Origin: Heptranchias perlo
Taxonomy: Eukaryota
Length of the DNA: 64,000 nt
Direction: 5' to 3'
Assembly: GCF_035084215.1 (NCBI RefSeq)
Contig: NC_090357.1
Span: 806,001 to 870,000 of the forward strand
Shown here in pieces: positions 10,301-22,317 of this stretch. Below the pieces are notes generated by a model. That model was not told where the DNA came from, did not search any database, and was given only the letters and a program-made list of their open reading frames with translations. The position numbers and the translations under genes are program-made. Numbering within the stretch: position 1 is the first letter of the stretch; every line of letters begins with the position of its first letter.

Positions 10301-13300
10301 AGTGACGGGGAGGGAGTGACGGGGAGGTGTGGGGGAAGGAGTGACGGGGAGGGAGTGACGGGGAGGGGGTGACGGGGAGGGAGTGACGGGGAGGGGTGAC
10401 GGGGAGGGAGTGACGGGGAGGGGTGTGGGAGGGGGGTGATAGGGAGGAGTGACTGGGAGGGGGTGATGGGGAGGTGTGGGGGAGGGGGTGACGGGGTGGG
10501 AGTGACGAGGAGGGGGTGATGGGGAGGGGGGTGACGGGGGAGGGGGTGACGGGGAGGGAGTGACGGGGAGGGGTGACGGGGAGGGAGTGACGGGGAGGGA
10601 GGTGACGGGGAGGTGTGGGGGGAAGGAGTGACGGGGAGGGAGTGACGGGGAGGGGGTGACGGGGAGGGGGTGATGGGGGAGGGGGTGACGGGGAGGGGTG
10701 ACAGGGAGGGAGTGACGGGGAGGGGGGTGACGGGGAGAGGACGATGGGGAGGGGTGACGGGGAGGGTGACAGGGAGGGAGTGACGGGGAGGGGGTGACGG
10801 GGAGAGGACGATGGGGAGGGGTGTTGGGGAGGTGTGAGAGGGGTGATGGGGCGGAGGTGACGGGGAGGGGGTGACGGGGAGGGAGTGACGGGGAGGGAGT
10901 GACGGGGAGGGGTGACGGGGAGGGAGTGACGGGGAGGGAGTGACGGGGAGGTGTGGGGGAAGGAGTGACGGGGAGGGAGTGACGGGAAGGGTTGACGGGG
11001 AGGGAGTGACGGGGAGGGGTGACGGGGAGGGAGTGACGGGGAGGGAGTGACGGGGAGGTGTGGGGGAAGGAGTGACGGGGAGGGAGTGACCGGGAGGGGG
11101 TGACGGGGAGGGGGTGATGGGGAGGGGGTGACGGGGAGGGGGGGACGGGGAGGGGACGATGGGGAGGGGTGTTGGGGAGGTGTGAGAGGGGTGATGGGGC
11201 GGAGGTGACGGGGAGGGGGGTGACGGGGAGGGAGTGACGGGGAGGGAGTGACGGGGAGGTGTGGGGGAAGGAGTGACGGAGAGGGAGTGACGGGGTGGGG
11301 GTGACGGGGAGGGAGTGACGGGGAGGGGTGACGGGGAGGGAGTGACGGGGAGGGAGTGACGGGGAGGGGTGACGGGGAGGGAGTGACGGGGTGGGAGTGA
11401 CGGGGAGGTGTGGGGGAAGGAGTGACGGGGAGGGAGTGACGGGGAGGGGGTGACGGGGAGGGGGTGATGGGGAGGGGGGTGACGGGGAGTGGGTGACTGG
11501 GAGGGGACGATGGGGAGGGGTGACGGGGAGGGAGTGACGGGGAGGGGGTGATGGGGAGGGGGGTGACGGGGAGGGGTGACAGGGAGGGTGTGACGGGGAG
11601 GGGGTGACGGGGAGAGGACGATGGGGAGGGGTGTTGGGGAGGTGTGAGAGTGGTGATGGGGCGGAGGTGACGGGGAGGGGGGTGACGGGGAGGGAGTGAT
11701 GGGGAGGGAGTGACGGGGAGGTGTGGGGGAAGGAGTGACGGGGAGGGAGTGACGGGGAGGGGGGTGACGGGGAGGGAGTGACGGGGAGGGGTGACGGGGA
11801 GGGAGTGACGGGGAGGGAGTGACGGGGAGGTGTGGGGGAAGGAGTGACGGGGAGGGAGTGACGGGGAGGGGGTGACGGGGAGGGGGTGATGGGGAGGGGG
11901 TGACGGGGAGTGGGTGACTGGGAGGGGACGATGGGGAGGGGTGACGGGGAGGGAGTGACGGGGAGGGGGTGATGGGGAGGGGGTGACGGGGAGGGGGTAA
12001 CGGGGAGGGGGTGACGGGGCGGGAGTGACGGGGAGGGGGTGACGGGGAGGGGGTGACGGGGGGGGGAGTGACGGGGACCGGTGATGGGGAGGGGGTGACG
12101 GGGAGGGGTGACAGGGGGGGGAGTGAGTGGGAGGAAGTGGCGGGGAGGGGGTGTCGGGGAGGGGGTGACGGGGAGGGGGTGACGGGGCGGGAGTGACGGG
12201 GAGGGGGGTGACGGGGAGGGGGTGACGGGGGGGGGGAGTGACAGGGGCGGAGGTGTCGGGGAGTGGGTGACTGGGAGGGAGTGACGGGGAGGGGTGTGAC
12301 GGAGAGGGGTGACAGGGAGGGAGTGACGGGGAGGGAGTGACGGGGAGGGGGTGATGGGGAGGGGGTGATGGGAAGGGGTGATGGTGAGGGGTGGGGGAGG
12401 TGTCGGGGAGTGGGTGATGGGGAGGGGTGACAGGGAGGGAGTGACGGGGAGGGGTTGATGGGGAGGGGGTGACGGGGATGGGTGATGGGGAGGGGGTGAC
12501 GGGGAGGGGGTGATGGGGAGGGGGTGACGGGGAGGGGTTGACAGGGGGGAGTGACGGGGAGGGGGTGACTGGGAGGGGACGACGGGGAGGGGTGACGGGG
12601 AGGGAGTGACGGGGAGGGGGTGATGGGGAGGGAGTGATGGGGAGGGAGTGACGGGGAGGGGGTGATGGGGAGGGGGTGACGGGGAGGGGGGGACGGGGAG
12701 GGGACGATGGGGAGGGGTGTTGGGGAGGTGTGAGAGGGGTGATGGGGCGGAGGTGACGGGGAGGGGGTGACGGGGAGGGAGTGATGGGGAGGGAGTGACG
12801 GGGAGGTGTGGGGGAAGGAGTGACGGGGAGGGAGTGACGGGGAGGGGGTGACGGGGAGGGAGTGACGGGGAGGGGTGACGGGGAGGGAGTGACGGGGAGG
12901 GAGTGACGGGGAGGTGTGGGGGAAGGAGTGACGGGGAGGGAGTGACGGGGAGGGGGTGACGGGGAGGGGGTGATGGGGAGGGGGTGACGGGGAGTGGGTG
13001 ACTGGGAGGGGACGATGGGGAGGGGTGACGGGGAGGGAGTGACGGGGAGGGGGTGATGGGGAGGGGGTGACGGGGAGGGGTGACAGGGAGGGTGTGACGG
13101 GGAGGGGGTGACGGGGAGAGGACGATGGGGAGGGGTGTTGGGGAGGTGTGAGAGGGGTGATGGGGCGGAGGTGACGGGGAGGGGGTGACGGGGAGGGAGT
13201 GACGGGGAGGGAGTGACGGGGAGGTGTGGGGGAAGGAGTGACGGGGAGGGAGTGACGGGGACGGGGTGACGGGGAGGGAGTGACGGGGAGGGGTGACGGG

Positions 13301-16300
13301 GAGGGAGTGACGGGGAGGGAGTGACGGGGAGGTGTGGGGGAAGGAGTGACGGGGAGGGAGTGACGGGGAGGGGGTGACGGGGAGGGGGTGATGGGGAGGG
13401 GGTGACGGGGAGTGGGTGACTGGGAGGGGACGATGGGGAGGGGTGACGGGCAGGGAGTGACGGGGAGGGGGTGATGGGGAGGGGGGTGACGGGGAGGGGG
13501 TAACGGGGAGGGGGTGACGGGGCGGGAGTGACGGGGAGGGGGTGACGGGGAGGGGGTGACGGGGGGGGGAGTGACGGGGACCGGTGATGGGGAGGGGGTG
13601 ACGGGGAGGGGTGACAGGGGGGGAGTGACGGGGAGGAAGTGGCGGGGAGGGGGTGTCGGGGAGGGGGTGACGGGGAGGGGGTGACGGGGCGGGAGTGACG
13701 GGGAGGCGGTGACGGGGAGGGGGTGACGGGGGGGGGAGTGACAGGGGCGGAGGTGTCGGGGAGTGGGTGACTGGGAGGGGATGATGGGGAGGGTGTGACG
13801 GGGAGGGAGTGACGGGGAGGGAGTGACGGGGAGGGGGTGATGGGGAGGGGGTGATGGGAAGGGGTGATGGTGAGGAGTGGGGGAGGTGTCGGGGAGTGGG
13901 TGATGGGGAGGGGTGACAGGGAGGGGGTGATGGGGAGGGGGTGACGGGGAGGGGTTGACAGGGGGGAGTGACGGGGAGGGGGTGACTGGGAGGGGACGAC
14001 GGGGAGGGGTGACGGGGAGGGAGTGACGGGGTGGGGGTGATGGGGAGGGAGTGATGGGGAGGGAGTGACGGGGAGGGGGTGATGGGGAGGGGGGTGACGG
14101 GGAGGGGTGACAGGGAGGGAGTGACGGGGAGGGGGTGACGGGGAGAGGACGATGGGGAGGGGTGTTGGGGAGGTGTGAGAGGGGTGATGGGGCGGAGGTG
14201 ACGGGGAGGGGGTGACGGGGAGGGAGTGACGGGGAGGGAGTGACGGGGAGGTGTGGGGGAAGGAGTGACGGAGAGGGAGTGACGGGGAGGGGGTGACGGG
14301 GAGGGAGTGACGGGGAGGGGTGACGGGGAGGGAGTGACGGGGAGGGAGTGACGGGGAGGTGTGGGGGAAGGAGTGACGGGGAGGGAGTGACCGGGAGGGG
14401 GTGACGGGGAGGGGGTGATGGGGAGGGGGTGACGGGGAGGGGGGGACGGGGAGGGGACGATGGGGAGGGGGTGACGGGGAGGGAGTGACGGGGAGGGGTG
14501 ACGGGGAGGGGGTGATGGGGAGAGGACGATGGGGAGGGGTGTTGGGGAGGTGTGAGAGGGGTGATGGGGCGGAGGTGACGGGGAGGGGGTAACGGGGAGG
14601 GAGTGACGGGGAGGGAGTGACGGGGAGGGGGTGACAGGGAGGGGGTGACGGGGAGGGAGTGACGGGGAGGGGTGACGGGGAGGGAGTGACGGGGAGGGAG
14701 TGACGGGGAGGTGTGGGGGAAGGAGTGACGGGGAGGGAGTGACGGGGAGGGGGTGACGGGGTGGGGGTGATGGGGAGGGGGTGACGGGGAGTGGGTGACT
14801 GGGAGGGGACGATGGGGAGGGGTGACGGGGAGGGAGTGACGGGGAGGGGTTGATGGGGAGGGGGTGACGGGGAGGGGTGACAGGGAGGTTGTGACGGGGA
14901 GAGGACGATGGGGAGGGGTGTTGGGGAGGTGTGAGAGGGGTGATGGGGCGGAGGTGACGGGGAGGGGGTGACGGGGAGGGAGTGACGGGGAGGGAGTGAC
15001 GGGGAGGTGTGGGGGAAGGAGTGACGGGGAGGGAGTGACGGGGAGGGTGGTGACGGGGAGGGAGTGACGGGGAGGGGTGACGGGGAGGGAGTGACGGGGA
15101 GGGAGTGACGGGGAGGTGTGGGGGAAGGAGTGACGGGGAGGGAGTGACGGGGAGGGGGTGACGGGGAGGGGGTGATGGGGAGGGGGTGACGGGGAGTGGG
15201 TGACTGGGAGGGGACGATGGGGAGGGGTGACGGGGAGGGAGTGACGGGGAGGGGGTGATGGGGAAGGGGTGACGGGGAGGGGGTAATGGGGAGGGGGTGA
15301 CGGGGCGGGAGTGACGGGGAGGGGGTGACGTGGAGGTGGTGACGGGGGGGGAGTGACGGGGACCGGTGATGGGGAGGGGGTGACGGGGAGGGGTGACAGG
15401 GGGGGAGTGACGGGGAGGAAGTGGCGGGGAGGGGGTGTCGGGGAGGGGGTGACGGGGAGGGGGTGACGGGGCGGGAGTGACAGGGAGGGGGTGATGGGGA
15501 GGGGGTGACGGGGCGGGGAGTGACAGGGGCGGAGGTGTCGGGGAGTGGGTGACTGGGAGGGGACGATGGGGAGGGAGTGACGGGGAGGGGGTGATGGGGA
15601 GGGGGTGATGGGAAGGGGTGATGGTGAGGGGTGGGGGAGGTGTCGGGGAGTGGGTGATGGGGAGGGGTGACAGGGAGGGAGTGACGGGGAGGGGTTGATG
15701 GGGAGGGGGTGACGGGGATGGGTGATGGGGAGGGGGTGACGGGGAGGGGGTGATGGGGAGGGGGGTGACGGGGAAGGGTTGACAGGGGGGAGTGACGGGG
15801 AGGGGGTGACTGGGAGGGGACGATGGGGAGGGAGTGACGGGGAGGGGGTGATGGGGAGGGGGTGATGGGAAGGGGTGATGGTGAGGGGTGGGGGAGGTGT
15901 CGGGGAGTGGGTGATGGGGAGGGGTGACAGGGAGGGAGTGACGGGGAGGGGTTGATGGGGAGGGGGTGACGGGGATGGGTGATGGGGAGGGGGTGACGGG
16001 GAGGGGGTGATGGGGAGGGGGTGACGGGGAAGGGTTGACAGGGGGGAGTGACGGGGAGGGGGTGACTGGGAGGGGACGACGGGGAGGGGTGACGGGGAGG
16101 GAGTGACGGGGAGGGGGTGATGGGGAGGGAGTGATGGGGAGGGAGTGACGGGGAGGGGGGTGACGACGGGGGTGACGGGGAGGGGGTGACTGGGAGGGGA
16201 CGATGGGGAGGGGTGACGGGGAGGGAGTGACGGGGAGGGGGTGATGGGGAGGGAGTGACGGGGAGGGAGTGACGGGGAGGTGGTGACGGGGAGGGGTGAC

Positions 16301-18101
16301 AGGGGCGGAGGTGTCGGGGAGTGGGTGACTGGGAGGGGACGATGGGGAGGGAGTGACGGGGAGGGGGTAATGGGGAGGGGTGATGGGGAGGGGTGGGGGA
16401 GGGGTGGGAGGGGTGAAGGGGCGGAGGTGTCGGAGAGTGGGTGACTGGGAGGGGACGATGGGGAGGGGTGACAGGGAGGGAGTGACGGGGAGGGTGTGAC
16501 GGAGAGGGGTGACAGGGAGGGAGTGACGGGGAGGGAGTGACGGGGAGGGGGTGATGGGGAGGGGGTGATGGGAAGGGGTGATGGTGAGGGGTGGGGGAGG
16601 TGTCGGGGAGTGGGTGATGGGGAGGGGTGACAGGGAGGGAGTGACGGGGAGGGGTTGATGGGGAGGGGGTGACGGGGATGGGTGATGGGGAGGGGGTGAC
16701 GGGGAGGGGGTGATGGGGAGGGGTTGACGGGGAGGGGTTGACAGGGGGGAGTGACGGGGAGGGGGTGACTGGGAGGGGACGACGGGGAGGGGTGACAGGG
16801 AGGGAGTGACGGGGAGGAGGTGATGGGGAGGGAGTGATGGGGAGGGAGTGACGGGGAGGGGGTGATGGGGAGGGAGTGATGGGGAGGGAGTGACGGGGAG
16901 GGGGTGACGACGGGGTTGACGGGGAGGGGGTGACTGGGAGGGGACGATGGGGAGGGGTGACGGGGAGGGAGTGACGGGGAGGGGGTGATGGGGAGGGAGT
17001 GACGGGGAGGGAGTGACGGGGAGGTGGTGACGGGGAGGGGTGACAGGGGCGGAGGTGTCGGGGAGTGGGTGACTGGGAGGGGACGATGGGGAGGGAGTGA
17101 CGGGGAGGGGTGGGGGAGGGGTGGGAGGGGTGAAGGGGCGGAGGTGTCGGAGAGTGGGTGACTGGGAGGGGACGATGGGGAGGGAGTGATGGGGAGGAGT
17201 GACGGGCAGGGCGTGACGGGAGGGGGTGACGGGGAGGGGTGACAGGGGGGCAGTGACGGGGAGGAAGTGACGGGGAGGGGGTGACGGGGAGGGGGTGACG
17301 GGGCGGGAGTGACGGGGAGAGGGTGACGGGGAGGGGGTGACCGGGCGGTAGTGACGGGGAGAGGGTGACGGGGCGGGAGTGACGGGGAGAGGGTGACGGG
17401 GAGGGTTGACGGGGAGGGAGTGACGGGGAGGGAGTGACGGGGAGGGGGTGACGGGGACAGGTGATGGGGAGGGGGTGACGGGGAGGGGGTGATGGGGAGG
17501 GGGTGACAGGGAGAGGGTGACAGGGGGGGAGTGACGGGGAGGGGATGACGGGGAGGGGTGACAGGGAGGGAGTGATGGGGAGGGGGTGACGACGGGGGTG
17601 ACGGGGAGGGGGTGACGGGGACGGGTGATGGGGAGGGGTGATGGGGAGGTGGTGACGGGGAGGGGGTGATGGGGAGGGGTGGGGGAGGTGTGGGAGGGGT
17701 GATGGGGCGGAGGTGTCGGAGAGTGGGTGACTGGGAGGGGACGATGGGGAGGGAGTGACGGGCAGGGAGTGACGGGAGGGGGTGACAGGGAGGGGTGACA
17801 GGGGGGCAGTGACGGGGAGGAAGTGACGGGGAGGGGGTGACGGGGAGGGGGTGACGGGGAGGGGGTGACGGGGCGGGAGTGACGGGGAGGGGCTGACGGG
17901 GAGGGAGTGACGGGGAGGGAGTGACGGGGAGGGGCTGACGGGGATGACTTTTGATCTGGTTCCTTGTGGTTTCGAGACAAGAGCAAAAATTCATCCTTAC
18001 AACAGGCTTCACAACAAATAATCGGAGGGCTGAGAGGAAAGTGTAAGAGACAAACCTGAGGTGAGGAGGATGAGAACCACAACTGTTGTCTTGAGAAACA
18101 T
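4336..18101 (-). CDS. apoa4: Divergent apolipoprotein A-IV-like paralog (predicted 332 aa; coding exons 18101-18056, 5974-5848, 5161-4336; ~12-kb intron 2)
   Basis: Last exon (826 nt) and 127-nt exon are homologous to the array genes, with intact GT/AG. A 46-nt phase-1 exon ccaccATG-MFLKTTVVVLILLTS-G|GTTTGT lies at 18101-18056, with acceptor ttccag|AGATTGG at 18129 matching the array exon-2 start. The spliced CDS of 999 nt is open. Joining across 12 kb is inferred. Confidence 0.75.
6003..8945 (-). mobile_element. CR1 LINE, ORF2 region (APE endonuclease + RT) broken by frameshifts; inserted in intron 2 of the divergent apoa4
   Basis: ORF pieces 8337-8864 (ITETWL, YRPPNS, GDFN), 6672-7613 (RT, PQGSVLGP, FADD) and 6293-6631 (RPHLEYC); 3' tail (TCTTATGG)n at ~6003-6025. 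Confidence 0.93.
8950..17945. repeat. ~9-kb G-rich minisatellite, basic unit ~14 bp TGACGGGGAGGG(A/G)G, with higher-order variant cassettes
   Basis: Continuous strand-asymmetric tandem repeat; marker variants such as GAGGTGTGAGAGGGGTGATGGGGCGGAGG recur every few hundred bp. Confidence 0.97.
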
Positions 18102-18450
18102 GGTGGATGTTTCAAACTACGACCAATCTCTGGAATGAAATGAAAATCAGTGTCCGGCTCATATTTAACTGCCAAAACTGTAATCATTTATAATTGTGTC
18201 TCTTGGAGTCCCGGAGGGTTGTTAATCATTCTCCTCTTTATGATTTTGACCCTGTTAATGAGAATTCTTTGACTCTACAATGTTACTCAATCATCGTTCA
18301 AACCAATGAAAATATCAGTAAGATAATCACTTGAGGGAAAGAGTTAATCCAGTTTTGGAGTTCTCCAATCTGTGTGGAGGACTCAGGAGTGAGACTCTGT
18401 TTCTTGCTGTATCATACACACTAGATCTGTAAGTTCCTGATCCAAACAGA

Positions 18451-18605
18451 AATCCAATGGACCAAACCCTTTCCCATTCCCATTGTACAGAATCCCAATG
18501 GACCAAACCGTTTCCCATTCCCATTGTACAGAATCCCAATGGACCAAACCCTTTCCCATTCCCATTGTACAGAATCCCAATGGACCAAACCCTTTCCCAT
18601 TCCCA
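18451..18605. repeat. 41-bp tandem repeat (~3.8 copies)
   Basis: AATCCCAATGGACCAAACCCTTTCCCATTCCCATTGTACAG starts at 18491, 18532 and 18573, with a variant at 18451. Confidence 0.92.
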
Positions 18606-18909
18606 GTCTATGGAATACATTTGAAAGATTCTCCAGTTACCAACTCTGCACGACATTACTGCTCAAAGCAACACTGCCCCTCAACTCTATGACCTCTTTT
18701 TTTCAATTGACACTAACAAGAGGCCGTTCCTTTGAAGGGGATACTCTTCTGTCCCCCTGCTCCATCCCCGTCAATCTGTTAAAGGGGCAGTGTCTTCCTG
18801 AAAACCAAACCTTTCCCCATCAGTTTTCAAGCATGTGCAGTGATAACATAAGAGATCTCATTGGACCATGTGACAAGAATGCTGAGCTCCTGGTTCCTGA
18901 ACATCACAC

Positions 18910-19240
18910 AAGAAAAAACAGAGAGAAACTGTTCCCATTGGTCAGAGGGTCGGTAACCAGATGACAAAGATTTAAGGTAATTGGCAAAAGAACCAGGGGG
19001 GAGATGAGGAGAATGTTTTTACGCAGCGAGTTGTGATGATCTGGAATGCGCTGCCTGAAAGGGCGGTGGAAGCAGATTCAATAATAACTTTCAAAAGGGA
19101 ATTAGATAAATACTTGAAAAGGAAAAGCTTGCAGGGCTCTGGGGAAAGAGCAGGGGGAGTGGGATTAATTGGAAAGCTCTTCCAAAGAGCCGGCACGAAG
19201 GGCCAAATGGCCTCCTTCTGTGTTGTATGATTCTATGATT
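18910..19240 (+). mobile_element. CR1 3' fragment
   Basis: REKLFPL and IWNALPERAVEADSI translations; GATTCTAT tail. Homologous to the fragment at ~33725-34000 upstream of the array genes. Confidence 0.85.
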
Positions 19241-19359
19241 CCACCTCCTCATAAGGTAAGGTCCAGCTGCATATATTCCAACTGTTGCATCTTAAGCACA
19301 GTTGGGGGAGAGGGGGCTTGAGAGCCTAGAACCAGGGGGCATCGTCTCAGGATAAGGAC

Positions 19360-21380
19360 ACGGACCACTTTAAAGTAAAAATACTCAATTGGAGGAGGGC
19401 CAATTTCATTGGGATGAGAACAGATCTGGCCCGAGTGAATTGGAATCAAAGATTGGCGGGAAAAACTGTAATTGAACAGTGGGCAGCCTTTAAGGAGGAG
19501 ATGGTTCGAGTACAGTCTAGGGACATTCCCACAGGGAGAAAGGGCAACTAAAGCCAGAGCTCCCTGGGTGACAAAAGAGATAGAGAGTAAAATGAAGCAG
19601 AAAAAAGGGGCATATGACAGATGTCAGGTTGATAACACAAGTGAGAACCAGGCTGAATATAGAAAGTTCAGAGGGGAAGTGAAAAAGGAAATAAGAGAGA
19701 CACAGAGAGAGTTAAAGGCAAATCGTGTTTAACCAACTTGATAGAGTTTTTTGATGAGGTAATAGAGAGGGTCGATGAGGGCAATGCAGTTGATGTGGTG
19801 TATATGGACTTTCAAAAGGCGTTTGATAAAGTGCCGCATGGTAGGCTTATCATCAAGATTGAAGCCCATGGAATAAAGGGGGCAGTAGCAACATGGATAC
19901 AGAATTGGCTAAGTGACAGGAAACAGAGAGTAGTGGTGAACGGTTGTTTTTCGGACTGGAGGGAGGTGTACAGTGGTGTTCCCCAGGGGTCGGTGCTGGG
20001 ACCACTGCTTTTCTTGATATATATTAATGACTTGGACTTGGGTGTACAGGACACAATTTCGAAATTTGCAGATGACACAAAACTTGGAAGGGTGGTGAAC
20101 AGTGAGGAGGATAGTGATGGACTTCAAGAGGATATAGACAGGCTGGTGGAATGGGCGGACACGTGGCAGATGAAATTTAACGCAGAAAAATGCGAGGTGA
20201 TACATTTCGGTAGGAAGAACAAGGAGAGGCAAAATAAACTAGAGGGTGCAATTCTAAAAGGGGTACAGGAACAGTGAGATCTGGGGGTATATGTACACAA
20301 ATCGTTGAAGGTGGCAGGGCAGGTTGAGAAAGTGGTTAAAAAATCATACAGGATCCCTAGGTAGATGGGAAAGTAGGGTTGAGGTCACAATCAGATCAGT
20401 CATGATCTTATCAAATGGCAGAGCAGGCTCGAGGGGCCGAATGGCCTACTCCTGCTCTTAATTCGTATGTTCGTATGGATTTTATAAATAGAAGCATAGA
20501 GTACAAAAGTATGGAAGTCATGATGAACCTTTATAAAACACTGGTTCGACCACAACTGGAGTATTGTGTCCAGTTCTGTGCACCGCACTTTAGGAAAGAT
20601 GTGAAGGCCTTAGAGAGGGTGCAGAAGAGATTTACTAGAATAATTCCAGGGATGAGGGACTTTAGTTATGTGGATAGACTGGAGAAGCTGGGGTTGTTCT
20701 CCTTGGAACAGAGAAGGTTGAGAGGAGATTTGATAGAGGTATTCAAAATCATGAAGGGTCTAGACAGAGTAGATAGAGAGAAACTGTTCCCATTGGCAGA
20801 AGGGTCAAGAACTAGAAGACATAGATTTAAGGTGATTGGCAAAAGAACCAAAGGTGACATGAGGAAAAACTTTTTTACACAGCGAGTGGTTATGATCTGG
20901 AATGCACTGCCCGAGGGGGTGGTGGAGGCAGATTCAATCATGACCTTCAAAAGGGAACTGGATAAATACTTGAAGGGAAAAGATTTGCAGGGCTACGGGG
21001 ATAGGGCGGGGGAGGAGGACTAGCTGGATTGCTTTTGCATAGAGCCGGCATGGACTCGAGGGGCCGAATGGCCTCCTTTCTATGATTCTACAATTCTATG
21101 AGGGGTCGGCCATTTAAGACTGAGACGAGGAGAAATTTCTTCACTCAGAGGGTTGTGAATCTATGGAATTCTCTATCCCAGCGGGCTGTGGATGCTCAGT
21201 CGTTGAGTATATTCAAGGCTGAGATCGATAGATTTTTGGACTCTCGGGGAATCAGGGGTTATGGGGATCAGTCGGGAAAGTGGATTTGAGGTCAAAGATC
21301 AGCCATGATCTGATTGAATGGTGGAGCAGGCTCGAGGGGCCATACGGCCTACTCCTGCTCCTATTTCTTATGTTCTTATG
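19360..21380 (+). mobile_element. Composite of CR1 fragments (internally deleted RT, nested and adjacent 3' ends)
   Basis: ORFs 19738-20277 (RT, FADD), 20415-21023 (RPQLEYC) and 21098-21289; nested 3'UTR at ~20360-20475; TTCTTATG and ATTCTAT tails. Confidence 0.88.
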
Positions 21381-21960
21381 AGAGACAGTTGGGGGAGAGA
21401 GAGAGGGGGGAAAGGCAGTTGGGGGATAGATGATTGGAACGAGTGAACAATTGGGGGAGAGACAGTTAGGGGAGAGACAGTTGGTTCGAGTGGACAATTG
21501 GGGGAGAGACAGTTGGGGGAGAGACAGTTGGGGGAGAGACAGTTGGGGGAGAGACAGTTGGGGGAGAGACAGTTGGGGGAGAGACAGTTGGGGGAGAGAC
21601 AGTTGGGGGAGAGACAGTTCGGGGAGAGACAGTTGGGGGAGAGGTGGTTGGGGAGAGACAGTTGGGGGAGAGACAGTTCGGGGAGAGGTGGTTGGGGAGA
21701 GATAGTTGGGGAGAGACAGTTGGGGGAGAGACAGTTCGGGGAGAGACAGTTGGGGGAGAGACAGTTGGGGGAGAGACAGTTCGGGGAGAGACAGTTGGGG
21801 GAGAGACAGTTGGGTCGAGTGGACAATTGGGGGAGAGACAGATGGGGGAGAGACTGTTGGGGAGAGACAGTTGGGGGAGAGACAGATGGGGAGAGACAGT
21901 TCGGGGAGATGTGGTTGGGGGAAAGGCAGTTGGGGGAGTGAGAGACAGTTGAGAGACAGC
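21380..21960. repeat. 15-bp minisatellite (GAGAGACAGTTGGGG)n
   Basis: Direct tandem 15-mers. Confidence 0.93.
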
Positions 21961-22317
21961 ATTTAAAATCAATATTCAGAAGTTGTGAATTTGCTGCCTA
22001 CGCTCAATAGGATTGGGTTTTTGTCACCTTGTTATTTCTCCAGTTGGATTACAACCTGCCAAACAAACACTGACTTTTTTTGTTGTATTTGGAGGTGTCT
22101 GTTTCTCGGAGATTATTCTGTATCACACACTGCTCCTGGAATTGATTGAGAGCCTCCCTCCCTCTCTCTAAGGCAGAGGTTGTACTGGGCTTGATGTTTG
22201 AGACAGAGACATTGGCTGTGAGCTGCCCTGAAGAGGAATTTCACTCTGGGCACCGGGTGGGAGCTCTGTCCATGTGTGCTCTGATCCAGGGCTGTGAGTT
22301 TCGAATGATTTGAATGA

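Noticed and set aside
8926-18187. 3028-aa and 3082-aa Pro/Ser/His-rich ORFs (extensin- or mucin-like)
   Set aside because: They are translations of a C-rich 14-bp satellite strand that lacks stop codons. Two frames are open at once, and the unit length is not a multiple of 3.
21252-21972. Pentapeptide-repeat ORFs (GERQL, NCLSP, QLSLP), also near 400, 34100, 42550, 51000 and 59450
   Set aside because: Translations of the 15-bp satellite in multiple frames on both strands.
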